From Candidatus Nitrospinota bacterium M3_3B_026 (GTDB taxonomy: Bacteria > Nitrospinota_A > UBA7883 > JBPRGF01), in contig JBPRGF010000029.1 of assembly GCA_051418015.1 (NCBI GenBank), positions 145,691 through 209,690 of the forward strand: a stretch of 64,000 nucleotides of DNA, given 5' to 3'. Position numbers and translations under genes: made by a program. Below the pieces are notes generated by a model. It had not been told where the DNA came from. It searched no databases and was given only the letters and a program-made list of their open reading frames with translations. Positions 1 through 10,094 of this stretch are shown in pieces (position 1 is the first letter of the stretch; each line of letters opens with the position of its first letter).

Positions 1-348
1 AAGATCATAGAGCGCCTTGTATCGAGCGGCAGGAGGATATTTGTCAATGACCCCTATTACTCCGAGGAGGAGATAAGCCGTCTTTTCAATGGAAAAGTGA
101 CTCCCTATGACATAAAGGCCGGGCTCGACGGGTTCGATTCAATCGTCATAGTCACCGATCACAAGATGTACGGGCGGATACCGCTGAGGAGGCTCACCGG
201 CGAACTCAAGGAGGGGTGCGCCGTTTTCGACAATTACGGGATATGGAAAAAGTTCAAAAAACCTCTGGAGAACACGGGGGTCAGGTACTACAAGGTGGGG
301 CAAAGGGGATATGTCGACGACGGCGTCAGATCCGGCGCCTGCCTCTGA
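1..348 (+). CDS. C-terminal part of a nucleotide-sugar dehydrogenase (UDP-glucose/GDP-mannose dehydrogenase family); truncated by window start
   Basis: Frame +1 is open from base 1 (KIIERLV...NDPYY...IVIVTDHK...VFDNYG). The DP / VTDH / FD pattern is typical of the UDP-binding C-terminal domain, and it lies upstream of wecB. Confidence 0.7.
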   Translation, partial: KIIERLVSSGRRIFVNDPYYSEEEISRLFNGKVTPYDIKAGLDGFDSIVIVTDHKMYGRIPLRRLTGELKEGCAVFDNYGIWKKFKKPLENTGVRYYKVGQRGYVDDGVRSGACL

Positions 349-1396
349 CAGCAGGGTGAAAATGCCCGGGCCGGATCATCGATTCAGCGTTTACAAGATG
401 ATCCATCACGACATGCGTTCGCCCTGGCCCATTCATGTCCAGATGGATATCACGGGCTCGTGCAATCACGGATGCGTGTTCTGCTACTGGCGCAAGGGGG
501 CCAGGAACCAGAATTACAAGGGCGACTACATAAAGGAGATACCTTATCTCGAGACGGAGACCGTGCTGAAGGCTCTGGACGAGTTCAGGGACGCCGGGGT
601 CAAGGCGATAACCTTCGTCGGAGGCGGCGAGCCCCTCATCCACAAGGACATCGACAAAATCCTCCGCCGCGTGATTGACAACGGGTTTCACTTCGGCGTC
701 ATCACCAACCTCAGCCGCCTTCCCGGCAGCCTGGACGCCCTGGCGGCGGCGGACTGGATCCGGGTGAGCCTGGACGCCGCCACGGACGACGCCTACCAGC
801 TCATGCACGCCCCGGAGGACGGGACAACCCTCGCCGCCGCCCTGGAGAACGTAAAGCGAGTCGTCGGGCGGACTGAGGTGGGGGCCAGCTTCATGGTCCA
901 CAGGCTCAACAGGAACGAGATTTACAAGGCCGCCGAGACGATGAAATCCCTCGGCGCGAGGTATATCCAGTTCAAGCCGGTGTACGACAAAGACAGGGGA
1001 AAAAGCATCGCCGATTTCATGGACGAGATAAAGCGTCAGCTGGACGCGGCATCGGCCCTCTCGGACGAGGGGTTCGAGGTGGTGGACCTTTTGAGCAGGG
1101 TGGGGCAGATGTCGGCGGCCTCGAGGGGGTTTGACATCTGCCGGATACATAACTACCAGATACAGCTCGGCGTCGACGGAAACATATACCCTTGCTGCGT
1201 CCTGAAATATGTCGGGGAATTTTCCTTCGGGAATATCCGCGATTCCGCGTTCAAGGAGATCTGGAACTCGGCGAAAAGAAAAGATGTCGTCCCCAGGCTG
1301 AACTCGCGTGACTGCCCCAACTGCTGGTTCGACAAGACCAACGAGTTCCTGGAGTACTCTCTCGCCGAGAAGACGGCTCATGCCTATTTCGTTTAG
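311..1396 (+). CDS. Radical SAM protein with SPASM/Twitch-like C-terminal domain
   Basis: CNHGCVFC triad, GGGEP motif, C-terminal C...GNIYPCC...FGNI...CPNC. Confidence 0.85.
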   Translation: MSTTASDPAPASDSRVKMPGPDHRFSVYKMIHHDMRSPWPIHVQMDITGSCNHGCVFCYWRKGARNQNYKGDYIKEIPYLETETVLKALDEFRDAGVKAITFVGGGEPLIHKDIDKILRRVIDNGFHFGVITNLSRLPGSLDALAAADWIRVSLDAATDDAYQLMHAPEDGTTLAAALENVKRVVGRTEVGASFMVHRLNRNEIYKAAETMKSLGARYIQFKPVYDKDRGKSIADFMDEIKRQLDAASALSDEGFEVVDLLSRVGQMSAASRGFDICRIHNYQIQLGVDGNIYPCCVLKYVGEFSFGNIRDSAFKEIWNSAKRKDVVPRLNSRDCPNCWFDKTNEFLEYSLAEKTAHAYFV

Positions 1397-1425
1397 GGCG
1401 GCATGAGCTGCCAAACGGCCTTCGG

Positions 1426-2556
1426 ATGATGAGAAAACCGGTTGTCGTAATAGTGGGTACCCGCCCGGAGTTTCTGAAAATGGCTCCGGTGGTGTGGGCC
1501 ATGAGAAAGATCGAGTCGCTGTTCCCCTACGTGATATCCACCGGCCAGCACAGGGAGCTTCTCGACGAGTTGGAGCAGGAGCTCGGGATACGGCCTGATG
1601 AGGATTTGCGGATAATGGCGCGGGACCAGACCCTGACCGATGTCATGGGGAAGGTTCTCTCCCTTCTTCCCCCGCGGCTCAGGGAGATAAAGCCAGCCGC
1701 GGTCCTCGTGCAGGGGGATACGAGCACGGCCTTCGCCGCTGCCGCCGCGGCGTTTTCCGAAAAGATACCCGTGGGGCATGTCGAGGCGGGGCTGAGAACG
1801 CATGACAAATGGAGGCCGTTCCCCGAAGAGATGAACAGGAGACTCATCTCCCCGTTGGCCGACTTCCATTTCGCCCCCAGCGACAGGGCGACGGGAAACC
1901 TCGCAAGGGAGGGGATCGAGACGAACGTGTTCATGACTGGCAACACCATAATAGACACGTTGAAGTTCCTGTCGAACGGCGTCAGGCCCGCATCGAACCG
2001 TGATCTTGGAGACTTCCTGCGCCTTGAGACGCCCTACTTTTTCGTGACGGCGCACAGGAGGGAGAACTGGGGGGAGCCTCTGGAGACGATATGCTCCGCC
2101 GTGAAAAATCTCGCGGACAGGGGGTATAACTTCTTGTGGGCGGCGCACCCCAATCCAAAAGTGCGCGACACTGTATATTCGGCGCTGGGAGGGCACGAGA
2201 GGGTCAGGCTCGTCGAGCCGCTCGATTATGTCGACTGCCTCAAAGCGATCAGAATGAGCGTCGCCGTCCTCACCGACTCGGGAGGGATACAGGAGGAGGC
2301 CGCCGCTTTCGGCAAACCGGTCTTTGTGCTCAGGGAGTCAACCGAGCGTCAGGAAATCGTCGAGGAGGGGCTGGCCAAGCTCGTCGGCCACAGGGCGGAG
2401 ATCATCGTCTCCCACGTGGAGAGTCTCGGGGCCCCGCGCCTTCTCGGGAACAACGGCGGGCCGGGGCGAAGATACCTGTATGGCGACGGCGCCGCGGGCG
2501 AAAAAATAGTCGATATCCTGGAAAAAAGCCTCGCGGAGCTCGCCGGCTCCCTGTGA
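1426..2556 (+). CDS. wecB: UDP-N-acetylglucosamine 2-epimerase (non-hydrolysing)
   Basis: GTRPE, TGQH, VQGDT, HVEAGLRT, PEEMNR and TDSGGIQEEA motifs. Confidence 0.95.
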   Translation: MMRKPVVVIVGTRPEFLKMAPVVWAMRKIESLFPYVISTGQHRELLDELEQELGIRPDEDLRIMARDQTLTDVMGKVLSLLPPRLREIKPAAVLVQGDTSTAFAAAAAAFSEKIPVGHVEAGLRTHDKWRPFPEEMNRRLISPLADFHFAPSDRATGNLAREGIETNVFMTGNTIIDTLKFLSNGVRPASNRDLGDFLRLETPYFFVTAHRRENWGEPLETICSAVKNLADRGYNFLWAAHPNPKVRDTVYSALGGHERVRLVEPLDYVDCLKAIRMSVAVLTDSGGIQEEAAAFGKPVFVLRESTERQEIVEEGLAKLVGHRAEIIVSHVESLGAPRLLGNNGGPGRRYLYGDGAAGEKIVDILEKSLAELAGSL

Positions 2557-2566
2557 CCATAAGCCG

Positions 2567-3559
2567 ATGAGACTCGATAGGGGCGCCTGGCTGGTCACCG
2601 GCGGAGCGGGATTTATCGGGTCCCACGTGGTGGACGCGGCTCTGCTCGAGGACGCCGGGGCGGTGGTGGCCCTGGATAACCTGCTTTCCGGGCGGCGGGA
2701 CAACCTTTCGCACATCAGGGACGAAAGATTCCGTTTCGTCGAGGGGGACTACGGCGACGGCCCCCTCCTGGACAGGCTCTTCGCGGAATTTCGCTTTACC
2801 CATGTCCTCCACGTCGGCGCGGTGGCCGGCTACGCCAGGGGCGCGGAAAACCCCGAGAGGTGCCTGAGGGGCAACGTCATCGGAACATACACCTTGCTGG
2901 AGAAGGCAAAGAAGCGCGGCGTTGTCTCGTTCGTGTACGCCTCCTCCTCAGGCATATACGGAGACGGTGATATCCTGCCCATAAAGGAGGGAGCGCCGGA
3001 CAGGCCCAGGGCGGTATACACGGTGTCCAAGCAGGCGGCGGAGAACCTCTGTCTGACCTTCAACAAGCTCCACGGCGTGAACGCCGTCTCGCTGCGTTTC
3101 AACAACGCCTACGGGCCGAGGGAGCGCGGCGATGAGTATACCGGTGTGGCGGCGAGATTTCTCCGGAACGCCCTTTCCGGCGAGCCGCTTACCGTCATGG
3201 GGACGGGGGACGAGACGAGGGACTTCATTTATGTCACGGACCTTGCGAAGGCCGTCGTCATGGCCGCTAAGGCGGACGGTCTTGGGGGGGAGATAGTGAA
3301 CATCGGCGGCGGCGTCGAAACGCGGATCGCCGGCCTGGCGGAGAGAATTCTGGACATCACGGGGAGGCGGCGTGAAGGGATGATAAAGAGCGCGCCCCCC
3401 CTGCCGGACAGGGTGAAGCGAAAATCGACAAGCGTTGAGAAAGCGGAGCGAACGCTCGGGTTCAGGGCCGAGATATCCCTCGATGAGGGTTTAAGGAGGA
3501 CGGCGGCGTGGATGGCGGAGGCGTTAGCTCTTACGCCGCAAAAGGGGGAAGCGGGATGA
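2567..3559 (+). CDS. NAD-dependent nucleotide-sugar epimerase/dehydratase (extended SDR)
   Basis: VTGGAGFIGS, YASSS, YxxxK (YTVSK), YGPR and RDFIYV motifs. Confidence 0.9.
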   Translation: MRLDRGAWLVTGGAGFIGSHVVDAALLEDAGAVVALDNLLSGRRDNLSHIRDERFRFVEGDYGDGPLLDRLFAEFRFTHVLHVGAVAGYARGAENPERCLRGNVIGTYTLLEKAKKRGVVSFVYASSSGIYGDGDILPIKEGAPDRPRAVYTVSKQAAENLCLTFNKLHGVNAVSLRFNNAYGPRERGDEYTGVAARFLRNALSGEPLTVMGTGDETRDFIYVTDLAKAVVMAAKADGLGGEIVNIGGGVETRIAGLAERILDITGRRREGMIKSAPPLPDRVKRKSTSVEKAERTLGFRAEISLDEGLRRTAAWMAEALALTPQKGEAG

Positions 3560-4899
3560 GAAGGGTCAGCGTGATCATCCCCACGTTCAACCAGGCCGAG
3601 TACCTGCCGGAGACGATCGAGAGCGTCCTGTCGCAGGAAGGCGTCGACGTCGAGGTCATAGTGGTGAACGATGGCTCCACGGACGAAACTGAAAAAGTTC
3701 TGGAAGGCTACGGCGGCAAGATAACCGTCATAAGCCAGCCGAATACCGGCGTCCCCGGCGCTCTCAACGCCGGCCTGGAACGCGCAAGCTGTGACTGGGT
3801 CAGCTGGATAGCCTCCGACAACGTCTTCTGCCCCAGCGCCTTGAAAAGACTTCTGGACGTGGCGGAAGGGCATGACATCGCCTACGCCGACCAGGTGGAG
3901 ATGGACGAGACCCTCTCGTACATCACGCACAAGAAACTCCTTTTCCCTTACAGCTTCGAGCGTGTGTTCTGCGACGACAGGAACTGGGCCATACACCTTT
4001 CCATATCTTTCGTGTATCGCAAATCCCTGCACCGCGCCGCCGGATGGTATGACCCCGCTTTCACGAACGTGCACGATTTCGAGATGTTCCTGAGGTTCGC
4101 GAAGGCGGGGGGGCGTTTCGTTTACGCTCCGGAGACGCTCATCAAAATAAGATCGCACGTGGCCGACGGCCGCAGGGTCCACCAGCGCTCTCCCGAGGGG
4201 ATGAGGCGCCACGACGAGCAGACGCGCAGGATAATACAGGCCGCCATGGAGTGGAGAGCCTCGCGTAGGCTGACGGTTGTGGAGCAGGGAGCGCGCCACG
4301 CCGACGTCATTGTCGAGGAGGCGTCCGGGCTAGCCCGCCGGGGGTGCCTGCAAGAGGCGGTGGAGTTGGTCCCGAACGATGTCGGCGAAGACGTCTACAC
4401 TCTTGTCCGGCTCGGGTGGTTCCTCGACAGGCTCGGCCTCCCGGCGCGCGCCGTGGAGCTTTTTTCGAAGGCGCTCAAGCTCGATCCTGAAAGGGTGGAA
4501 TGCGCGCAGTTTTTATGGTTGTACAGCTCTCTGGGGATGATCGGAGGGAACGGCGCGGGGCCTTTCCCGCTCGCCGCCGCCGGGCACGCCTTCAACGGAC
4601 GTGTTCTGGACGGTCTGAAAAAAAGCGGCTCGCGCAGGGTTTTCGTCATCGGCCACGGGCTCACGGCGCTGGAGGCCAGCTGCTACCTTCTGCGGGAAGG
4701 TTTTGAGATAAGCGCCTATTGCGACACGCGCCGGGAGCACGCCTGGGGAAAGTTTCTGGGAGAAGATATCGCGCATCTGTCCGGCGTTGGCGATTATCCC
4801 GGCTCGGCGGTTCTGGCCGCCGTGGAGTCCAAGTACCACGGCGAAGTGCGGGAGGCGATTGCTGGGACCGGGCGCGAAAGCGGCGTGATCTTCGTCTAA
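3556..4899 (+). CDS. Family 2 glycosyltransferase with TPR-like and C-terminal Rossmann-like extensions
   Basis: VSVIIPTFN...VVNDGSTD...ALNAGL. The ATG at 3556 overlaps the upstream TGA (ATGA). TPR-like AVELFSKALKLDP. Confidence 0.85.
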   Translation: MRRVSVIIPTFNQAEYLPETIESVLSQEGVDVEVIVVNDGSTDETEKVLEGYGGKITVISQPNTGVPGALNAGLERASCDWVSWIASDNVFCPSALKRLLDVAEGHDIAYADQVEMDETLSYITHKKLLFPYSFERVFCDDRNWAIHLSISFVYRKSLHRAAGWYDPAFTNVHDFEMFLRFAKAGGRFVYAPETLIKIRSHVADGRRVHQRSPEGMRRHDEQTRRIIQAAMEWRASRRLTVVEQGARHADVIVEEASGLARRGCLQEAVELVPNDVGEDVYTLVRLGWFLDRLGLPARAVELFSKALKLDPERVECAQFLWLYSSLGMIGGNGAGPFPLAAAGHAFNGRVLDGLKKSGSRRVFVIGHGLTALEASCYLLREGFEISAYCDTRREHAWGKFLGEDIAHLSGVGDYPGSAVLAAVESKYHGEVREAIAGTGRESGVIFV

Positions 4900-4914
4900 G
4901 CTCACGCGCGGCGG

Positions 4915-6633
4915 CTACTCGTAGCCGTAGATGTCGAAGACCCCCGGATAGGTGGTTTTGATAAGCTCGTTCAGCTCGTCGTCGAAGACGTCCCTCCACG
5001 CCTCGGAGTTTCCCTTGAAGAACGTCGTGGACTTTTCGTTGTAAAGCGATTCCGCCACCTCCTCCGGATCGCCTTCGGCGCCGATATACTCCATGACCTT
5101 CGACACCGTTTCGACCTGTTTTGCCCTGCTCCCCCCGCCGCCAGGGCCGACGAGGTCCTCGTAGCGGACGTCGAGAACCTTCGGGTTCAGCCTGAGATAG
5201 CCCATTTCAAGAAAATACGTGCGGGGCTCCCATCCGCTGCTTAGAAGATATTTTACCCTGTCCTCCAGTCTCGGAATCGCCGTTAGAACAGCGACAGCCG
5301 TTCTGGCCGAAGCGCTGTTGTGGAGGCCTCCGAACCGCTCGTCACAGACATAATTGACCTGCGAGACGACGGCGGCGCGCGGGTCGCGGTAGTTGAATAT
5401 TATTTTCGCTTCGCCGCTTTCAAGCATGGACAGGATCTCGCGGCACTTGTTCATCCTCATCATGTGAGTGAGAAGGAACTCCCCCTCACCGAGTCCTTTG
5501 ACGTCGCCCGTTGTCGCTTCTTCCACTATCTTTTTGGTGTAGCCGAGGTTTTCCACAAGCCCTGATATGAGGCCCGTCCCGGTTTTCGGTATGGAGATGA
5601 CGATAACTTTCGTCACGTCTTTCATCAGCGACCCGGTCCGGGATCGTGACTTGCGGCGGGATGGCTTCGGTACGTCCATTTCCAATTCCCCCGGCTCGTA
5701 CATGCTGTATATCTCCACTTTTTCAGGGAGAAATGGGCGGATGGCCGAGGCGATCTCGTCCTGGTAGCGGTGGGATGAGACCACCACCAGATCGGGCGGG
5801 TCCCTGAAAAGCTCCCAGGTCGGGCGCGGCGTGAAATCCCAGCCAGGCTCCGGCTTGCGGGGGCTCCTGTCAAAAACGCCCGTTATCTGCGCCTGGTCAA
5901 AAAGACGTTTCTTGCGAAAAAGCTTCGCGGTGTGTTCTCCGCCGCCGCAGACGGCCACCCGCTCGCCGTTTTTTCCGGCGTCCCTCATTCTGCGCCGCAG
6001 CCTGCTCAGCGTGTCCCCTTTTTTCTCCGCGGAGATGAGAACGAGCATGTTGTCTGATGGGTCGTGCTGGACTCCAAAGGACTCCAGGCCGTCCACCATG
6101 GTTATTTCTATCCTCCAGAACCCCGCCTCCTTAAGCGCATCACGGATCTGTTCTTCATCCGCGACCTTCCACATATGCGAAGGACAGCCATTGGCGCCCG
6201 GATTCCTGCCGTCGAGGGGCATGGCGGCCAGAAGCCTGCATCCGTGGCGGAGGACCCTCCATATCTCCCGCAAGCCGCCGGCCGGGTCGGAGAAATGCTC
6301 GAGCACATTGTCGGCTAACACCATGTCGAAAGCGTCGTCCTGGAACCCGAGGCGCTGGCCGTCCATGACGGCGAGCTTAAGCGGATATCTTTGCGAAGCG
6401 GCGCGGACGAATTTTTCCACTATGTCCACCCCGTAGCATTTCACGCTGGAGGAGATGTGGTGGAGCCAGTATCCGTCGCCTACCCCGATCTCCAGTATCG
6501 TTCCGGCGTCTTCGGGGATCATGTCGAACAGACGTTTCTGCAGCGACCAGTGCCGATCCCCCTTTGGAGCGCTCTGGAGGACGTAGTTTTCGTTCTCCTT
6601 CTCCTGAAGGGAGATATAATTTTCAGATGTCAT
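4915..6633 (-). CDS. Fusion of a class I SAM methyltransferase, a Rossmann-like domain and a sulfotransferase domain
   Basis: N-terminal LEIGVGDG...FDMV...VLEH; middle VAVCGGGEHT; C-terminal ISIPKTGT (5'-PSB loop), YRDPR and RYEDL. Start uncertain (6633 or 6669). Confidence 0.75.
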   Translation of the reverse strand: MTSENYISLQEKENENYVLQSAPKGDRHWSLQKRLFDMIPEDAGTILEIGVGDGYWLHHISSSVKCYGVDIVEKFVRAASQRYPLKLAVMDGQRLGFQDDAFDMVLADNVLEHFSDPAGGLREIWRVLRHGCRLLAAMPLDGRNPGANGCPSHMWKVADEEQIRDALKEAGFWRIEITMVDGLESFGVQHDPSDNMLVLISAEKKGDTLSRLRRRMRDAGKNGERVAVCGGGEHTAKLFRKKRLFDQAQITGVFDRSPRKPEPGWDFTPRPTWELFRDPPDLVVVSSHRYQDEIASAIRPFLPEKVEIYSMYEPGELEMDVPKPSRRKSRSRTGSLMKDVTKVIVISIPKTGTGLISGLVENLGYTKKIVEEATTGDVKGLGEGEFLLTHMMRMNKCREILSMLESGEAKIIFNYRDPRAAVVSQVNYVCDERFGGLHNSASARTAVAVLTAIPRLEDRVKYLLSSGWEPRTYFLEMGYLRLNPKVLDVRYEDLVGPGGGGSRAKQVETVSKVMEYIGAEGDPEEVAESLYNEKSTTFFKGNSEAWRDVFDDELNELIKTTYPGVFDIYGYE

Positions 6634-6675
6634 CGGCTTGTCCGGCCTCCGGCTCCGCGCTGGCTTCACAGAATA

Positions 6676-7512
6676 TTATTTTACCGCGAAAACGAGCAGA
6701 TAAAATCCCGTCTCGCTCGCCAGGTCGCCGGTCTTCGCCAATTCGGCGGCCCGGCGCAGGAACGATCGTATCTCTTCGTCCTCGACGGCATTTATCTCAT
6801 CGGCCGTCAGGGGCAAAGTGTCATGCGTCGGGTTGTGTACGCGGACTTCGACCTTCGAGAAATCCTCGAAGAGATCCTCGGCCTCTTTCCTGGAGTAGAC
6901 TTTGGCGAGAGGACAGTCCGGGCGCTGCTCCACGGTCTCCTCGAGTATTTTCCGCTTGTCCATGGTTTTGAGCCTGCCCTCTACGACGCCCTGGAGGTAA
7001 AGATAATGATAGTAATACCACATGGAATCCCTGTGATAGAGCATGACGATGGCCTCGCCGCCCGGCTTTAAGACGCGGTGTATCTCTTTGACCGCCACGT
7101 CGGTTCTGGGCACCGAGAGGAGCACGCCCATCGAATAGGCGATGTCGAAGGAGCCGGAGGCGAAAGGCAGCGTCTGCGCGTCACCCTGGATTATGTGGTT
7201 CTGAAGCTCCATGACCTCGAAGTGGCGTTTCGTAAGCGCCGTCGCCTTGCTGGTAAGGTCCATGGACGTGACGTCGGCGCCGGCTCTTGCGAACTGGGCC
7301 GAGTCCGTCCCCGCGCCGCACCCGACCTCGAGGACTTTTTTGCCCCTGGCGCGGGAAAAATCGACATCGTCGAACATATCCCGGTAGACAGAGTAGCGAT
7401 GCGCCGCCACTTTCTCGAACTGCTCCCGCGTTCGTATATCCTCATGCGGCGCGGGGCCCGGCGGCCCCTGCTCCCAGTAGTCCCGTATTTCCCTTTCAAT
7501 ATCTATCGTCAT
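6676..7512 (-). CDS. Class I SAM-dependent methyltransferase
   Basis: VLEVGCGAG, GDAQTLPF...FDIAYSMGVL, RVLKPGG. Start placed at ATG 7512 (MTIDIE). Confidence 0.9.
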   Translation of the reverse strand: MTIDIEREIRDYWEQGPPGPAPHEDIRTREQFEKVAAHRYSVYRDMFDDVDFSRARGKKVLEVGCGAGTDSAQFARAGADVTSMDLTSKATALTKRHFEVMELQNHIIQGDAQTLPFASGSFDIAYSMGVLLSVPRTDVAVKEIHRVLKPGGEAIVMLYHRDSMWYYYHYLYLQGVVEGRLKTMDKRKILEETVEQRPDCPLAKVYSRKEAEDLFEDFSKVEVRVHNPTHDTLPLTADEINAVEDEEIRSFLRRAAELAKTGDLASETGFYLLVFAVK

Positions 7513-7568
7513 TTCATCTCCCAATGTCTCGTTGTGGCAGTGAAATAAATACCATATATAAACGGCCT

Positions 7569-9020
7569 TCAGCGCGCGGAACACCGCTGGTCTTGAGAAC
7601 TCGCCGATTCCTCGGGCTGATCGATGTAAACCAGGCTGTTGTTTGGCGCGCATATTTCGGTGATCCCGTATCTGTAAAGTTCGATGAAACGCTCGTAAGG
7701 GACATCGCTGAAAACACGGTTGGGCGAAAGCGGGGCGTTCGTGTCCGAGATCATGCCCCAATAGTCGGGGCCGGAAGGGTCGAGCCTGCCTTCCGCCACC
7801 AACCGCTTATTTATTCTTGTCCCAGGTAGAGGCAAAAGCACGTTAAGGCCGCTGAACAACCTGTTTCTTCTGATGAAATCGAAAGTGAGATGAATATCCT
7901 CCTCGGTCTCGCCAGGGACGCCCATAATGAACGCTGATATCGGACGGATGCCGTTGGCTTCGAGCGCGTCGACGGCCTCCTGGTTTTTATGGGCCGGGGT
8001 GCGCTTGTTGAGGGTGTCCAGTACCTTTTGCGAAGCGGACTCGAACCCAAAGTTAAGCCCGACACAGCCAGCCTCACGCATCTTCGGGAGAAGGTCGTAC
8101 GGGAGGTCGTCCGCGGAGGCGCAGGCGATCCATTTAACATCTTTGTTTACCCCGCTCGATATGAACGCGTCGAGAACCTCCCTCGTTCTCGTCTTCCAGA
8201 CGGGGAAGTTTATGTCGTAGAAAAACAAGCCCGTCAAACCATAATCCAGTATCAACCTCTCCACCCGCGCGAGAACGTCGGGCGCGCTCTGAAAAGCAAG
8301 GCGCGGCTCCATTATCTTCGACGCGCAAAAGTCGCAACTTTTATTGCATCCACGGGCTGTCATGATGGATGTCAGATGGTTGAAATAAAACCCCACTATC
8401 CCCCGGCCCGCCTTAAAATAATACTCTGTGTCCATCAGGTCCCGCGCCACGTCAGGCCAGGAAAGCCTTTTCCAGTTGACGGGTCTTTCGGGGGTGAGGA
8501 CGACGGCCGGGTTTTCATCTCCAGTGGTTCGTTTGTCGGCCCTGAAAGCTATCCCGGGTATTTTGTCCCATGGAGCCCCGCCGAGCAGGTCGCCCATCGC
8601 CTCTTCGCCAAATCCGCGAACGGCGATGTCCGTCTCCGGGATATCCTTGAAGATCGAAACAGGCTCGCAGGTGGGATGATACCCGCCCATGACTACTGTG
8701 ACATCTCCCCCCAGGGATTCTCTTATCAGGCCCACGGTGAGGCGGGCGTCCTTCATCTGGCAGGTCATCAGCGTGACACCGGCGATGTGTGGAGAGAATG
8801 CGGCGAGCCGCCGCCGCGTCCACTCGTTCAGGGCCGTGAGCCTCGTTTCCTCGGGGATGTCGCTGAGTCCGTGGTAGTACTTGGCGTTCCTGTCTATGAA
8901 GATCACATCGTGGCCGCTCTGGCGTGAAAAGCCGGCGATGGCAAGGAGGCCCAGAGGGGGCATGGACATCGCGTCGTAATGAAAGTGACCGCTCAAAGGA
9001 TTGATCAAAGCCAGTCTCAT
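7569..9020 (-). CDS. Cobalamin-binding (class B) radical SAM protein
   Basis: LINP...PPLGLL and GGYHPT (B12-binding domain); TARGCNKSCDFC; GFESAS; FIMGVPGET. Confidence 0.9.
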   Translation of the reverse strand: MRLALINPLSGHFHYDAMSMPPLGLLAIAGFSRQSGHDVIFIDRNAKYYHGLSDIPEETRLTALNEWTRRRLAAFSPHIAGVTLMTCQMKDARLTVGLIRESLGGDVTVVMGGYHPTCEPVSIFKDIPETDIAVRGFGEEAMGDLLGGAPWDKIPGIAFRADKRTTGDENPAVVLTPERPVNWKRLSWPDVARDLMDTEYYFKAGRGIVGFYFNHLTSIMTARGCNKSCDFCASKIMEPRLAFQSAPDVLARVERLILDYGLTGLFFYDINFPVWKTRTREVLDAFISSGVNKDVKWIACASADDLPYDLLPKMREAGCVGLNFGFESASQKVLDTLNKRTPAHKNQEAVDALEANGIRPISAFIMGVPGETEEDIHLTFDFIRRNRLFSGLNVLLPLPGTRINKRLVAEGRLDPSGPDYWGMISDTNAPLSPNRVFSDVPYERFIELYRYGITEICAPNNSLVYIDQPEESASSQDQRCSAR

Positions 9021-9034
9021 ATCACCGCCCACTG

Positions 9035-9907
9035 TCAAAGCCGAGCCAGGTTTGCTGGTCTTCCCGTCGCGCTGGCCCTGTTCCAGGGGTAAGCCGGTTC
9101 GGGATAAAGCCTACGCGCAAGGCCGCCCGCCCGGCGGCTCAGAGTATCGAGCTGAGGCTCGGTCCACTCAGAGATATCTTTGATCTTGATCTCTTTTGAC
9201 CATGGGTTCAGATGGCGGTCATCGCCGAGGCCCGGCGAGGCGTTCACCCTGACGCCGAGCGTGTCTTCTATGTTGCGCCGGTGTTTCTTGTAACCTTCGA
9301 TGCCTAAAAAAAGATACAGGTCTTTCACCGACGCTGAATCCAAGTTTTCTATTCGCTGAATCCGCCACATCCGTTTTGGGATGGAGTCAAAAAAATCCAG
9401 GACAAACCCGTTAACCATGTTTCAGTACCAAAGACACTTGTCAAAAGGGGTCATGGAATCCCACGCGCGCCCGATCTCGCTCGCTTTCGGGGGCCGGACA
9501 TGCTCCAGGCCATGAGGGTGCGTATCGTCGAAGAAACCGCGCGCCAGGGCGCTCGCCACGAAGGTGTCTGGCCTCCTGACCAGAAGGACGAATTTCACCC
9601 TGTCCCCGCCGAATTCTCTGAAAATTTCGGGAAAAAGAAAATAAAGATGTCCGGAGCATTCCCCGTAACTCAGGCCGTTTGCGTTGCTCTCCTCCACCAG
9701 CGGTCTGGTGGATCGTCCCACTTCCTTGTGAAACAGGCTCATGCTTCCCGCGTGATAAGCCTCTTTCATCAGATCCGTCCGCACCGAACGCTCATGGACG
9801 CAACGGGTGTTCTCCCCGAAAGAGAGAAGGCGGGATAATAACATCGTGCCGCACCGGCCCGTGCCGGTAACGAAATAAGCGCCATGGCTTTCTGGGCAAT
9901 CGGTCAT
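9035..9907 (-). pseudogene. Sulfotransferase-family gene interrupted by a single in-frame TGA at 9424-9422
   Basis: ORFs 9422-9934 and 9035-9418 share a frame (TGG TAC TGA AAC ATG). The N-terminal part has VTGTGRCGT and LVRRP; the C-terminal part has RIENL...FLG. Confidence 0.7.
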
Positions 9908-10094
9908 ATCCTTCCCATGCTCACGTCTTTTCACCCTTCTCGCGGGCGCGAGTGTTTTTCCCTGGCCGGCGGGGCAGGGTGTTGAGGAGCGCGCGTAAAC
10001 AGACGGGCCGATTCGCCGCCAGCCGCCCCGTCAACATCATCATATCGGCTTTTTGTGTTTTATTCTTTACCACGGCCACGCCGCGATAAAGGCG

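Noticed and set aside
9422..9424. Selenocysteine codon or reassigned TGA (alternative genetic code)
   Set aside because: Many genes here end at TGA, the context suggests Trp rather than Cys, and no convincing SECIS hairpin is visible.
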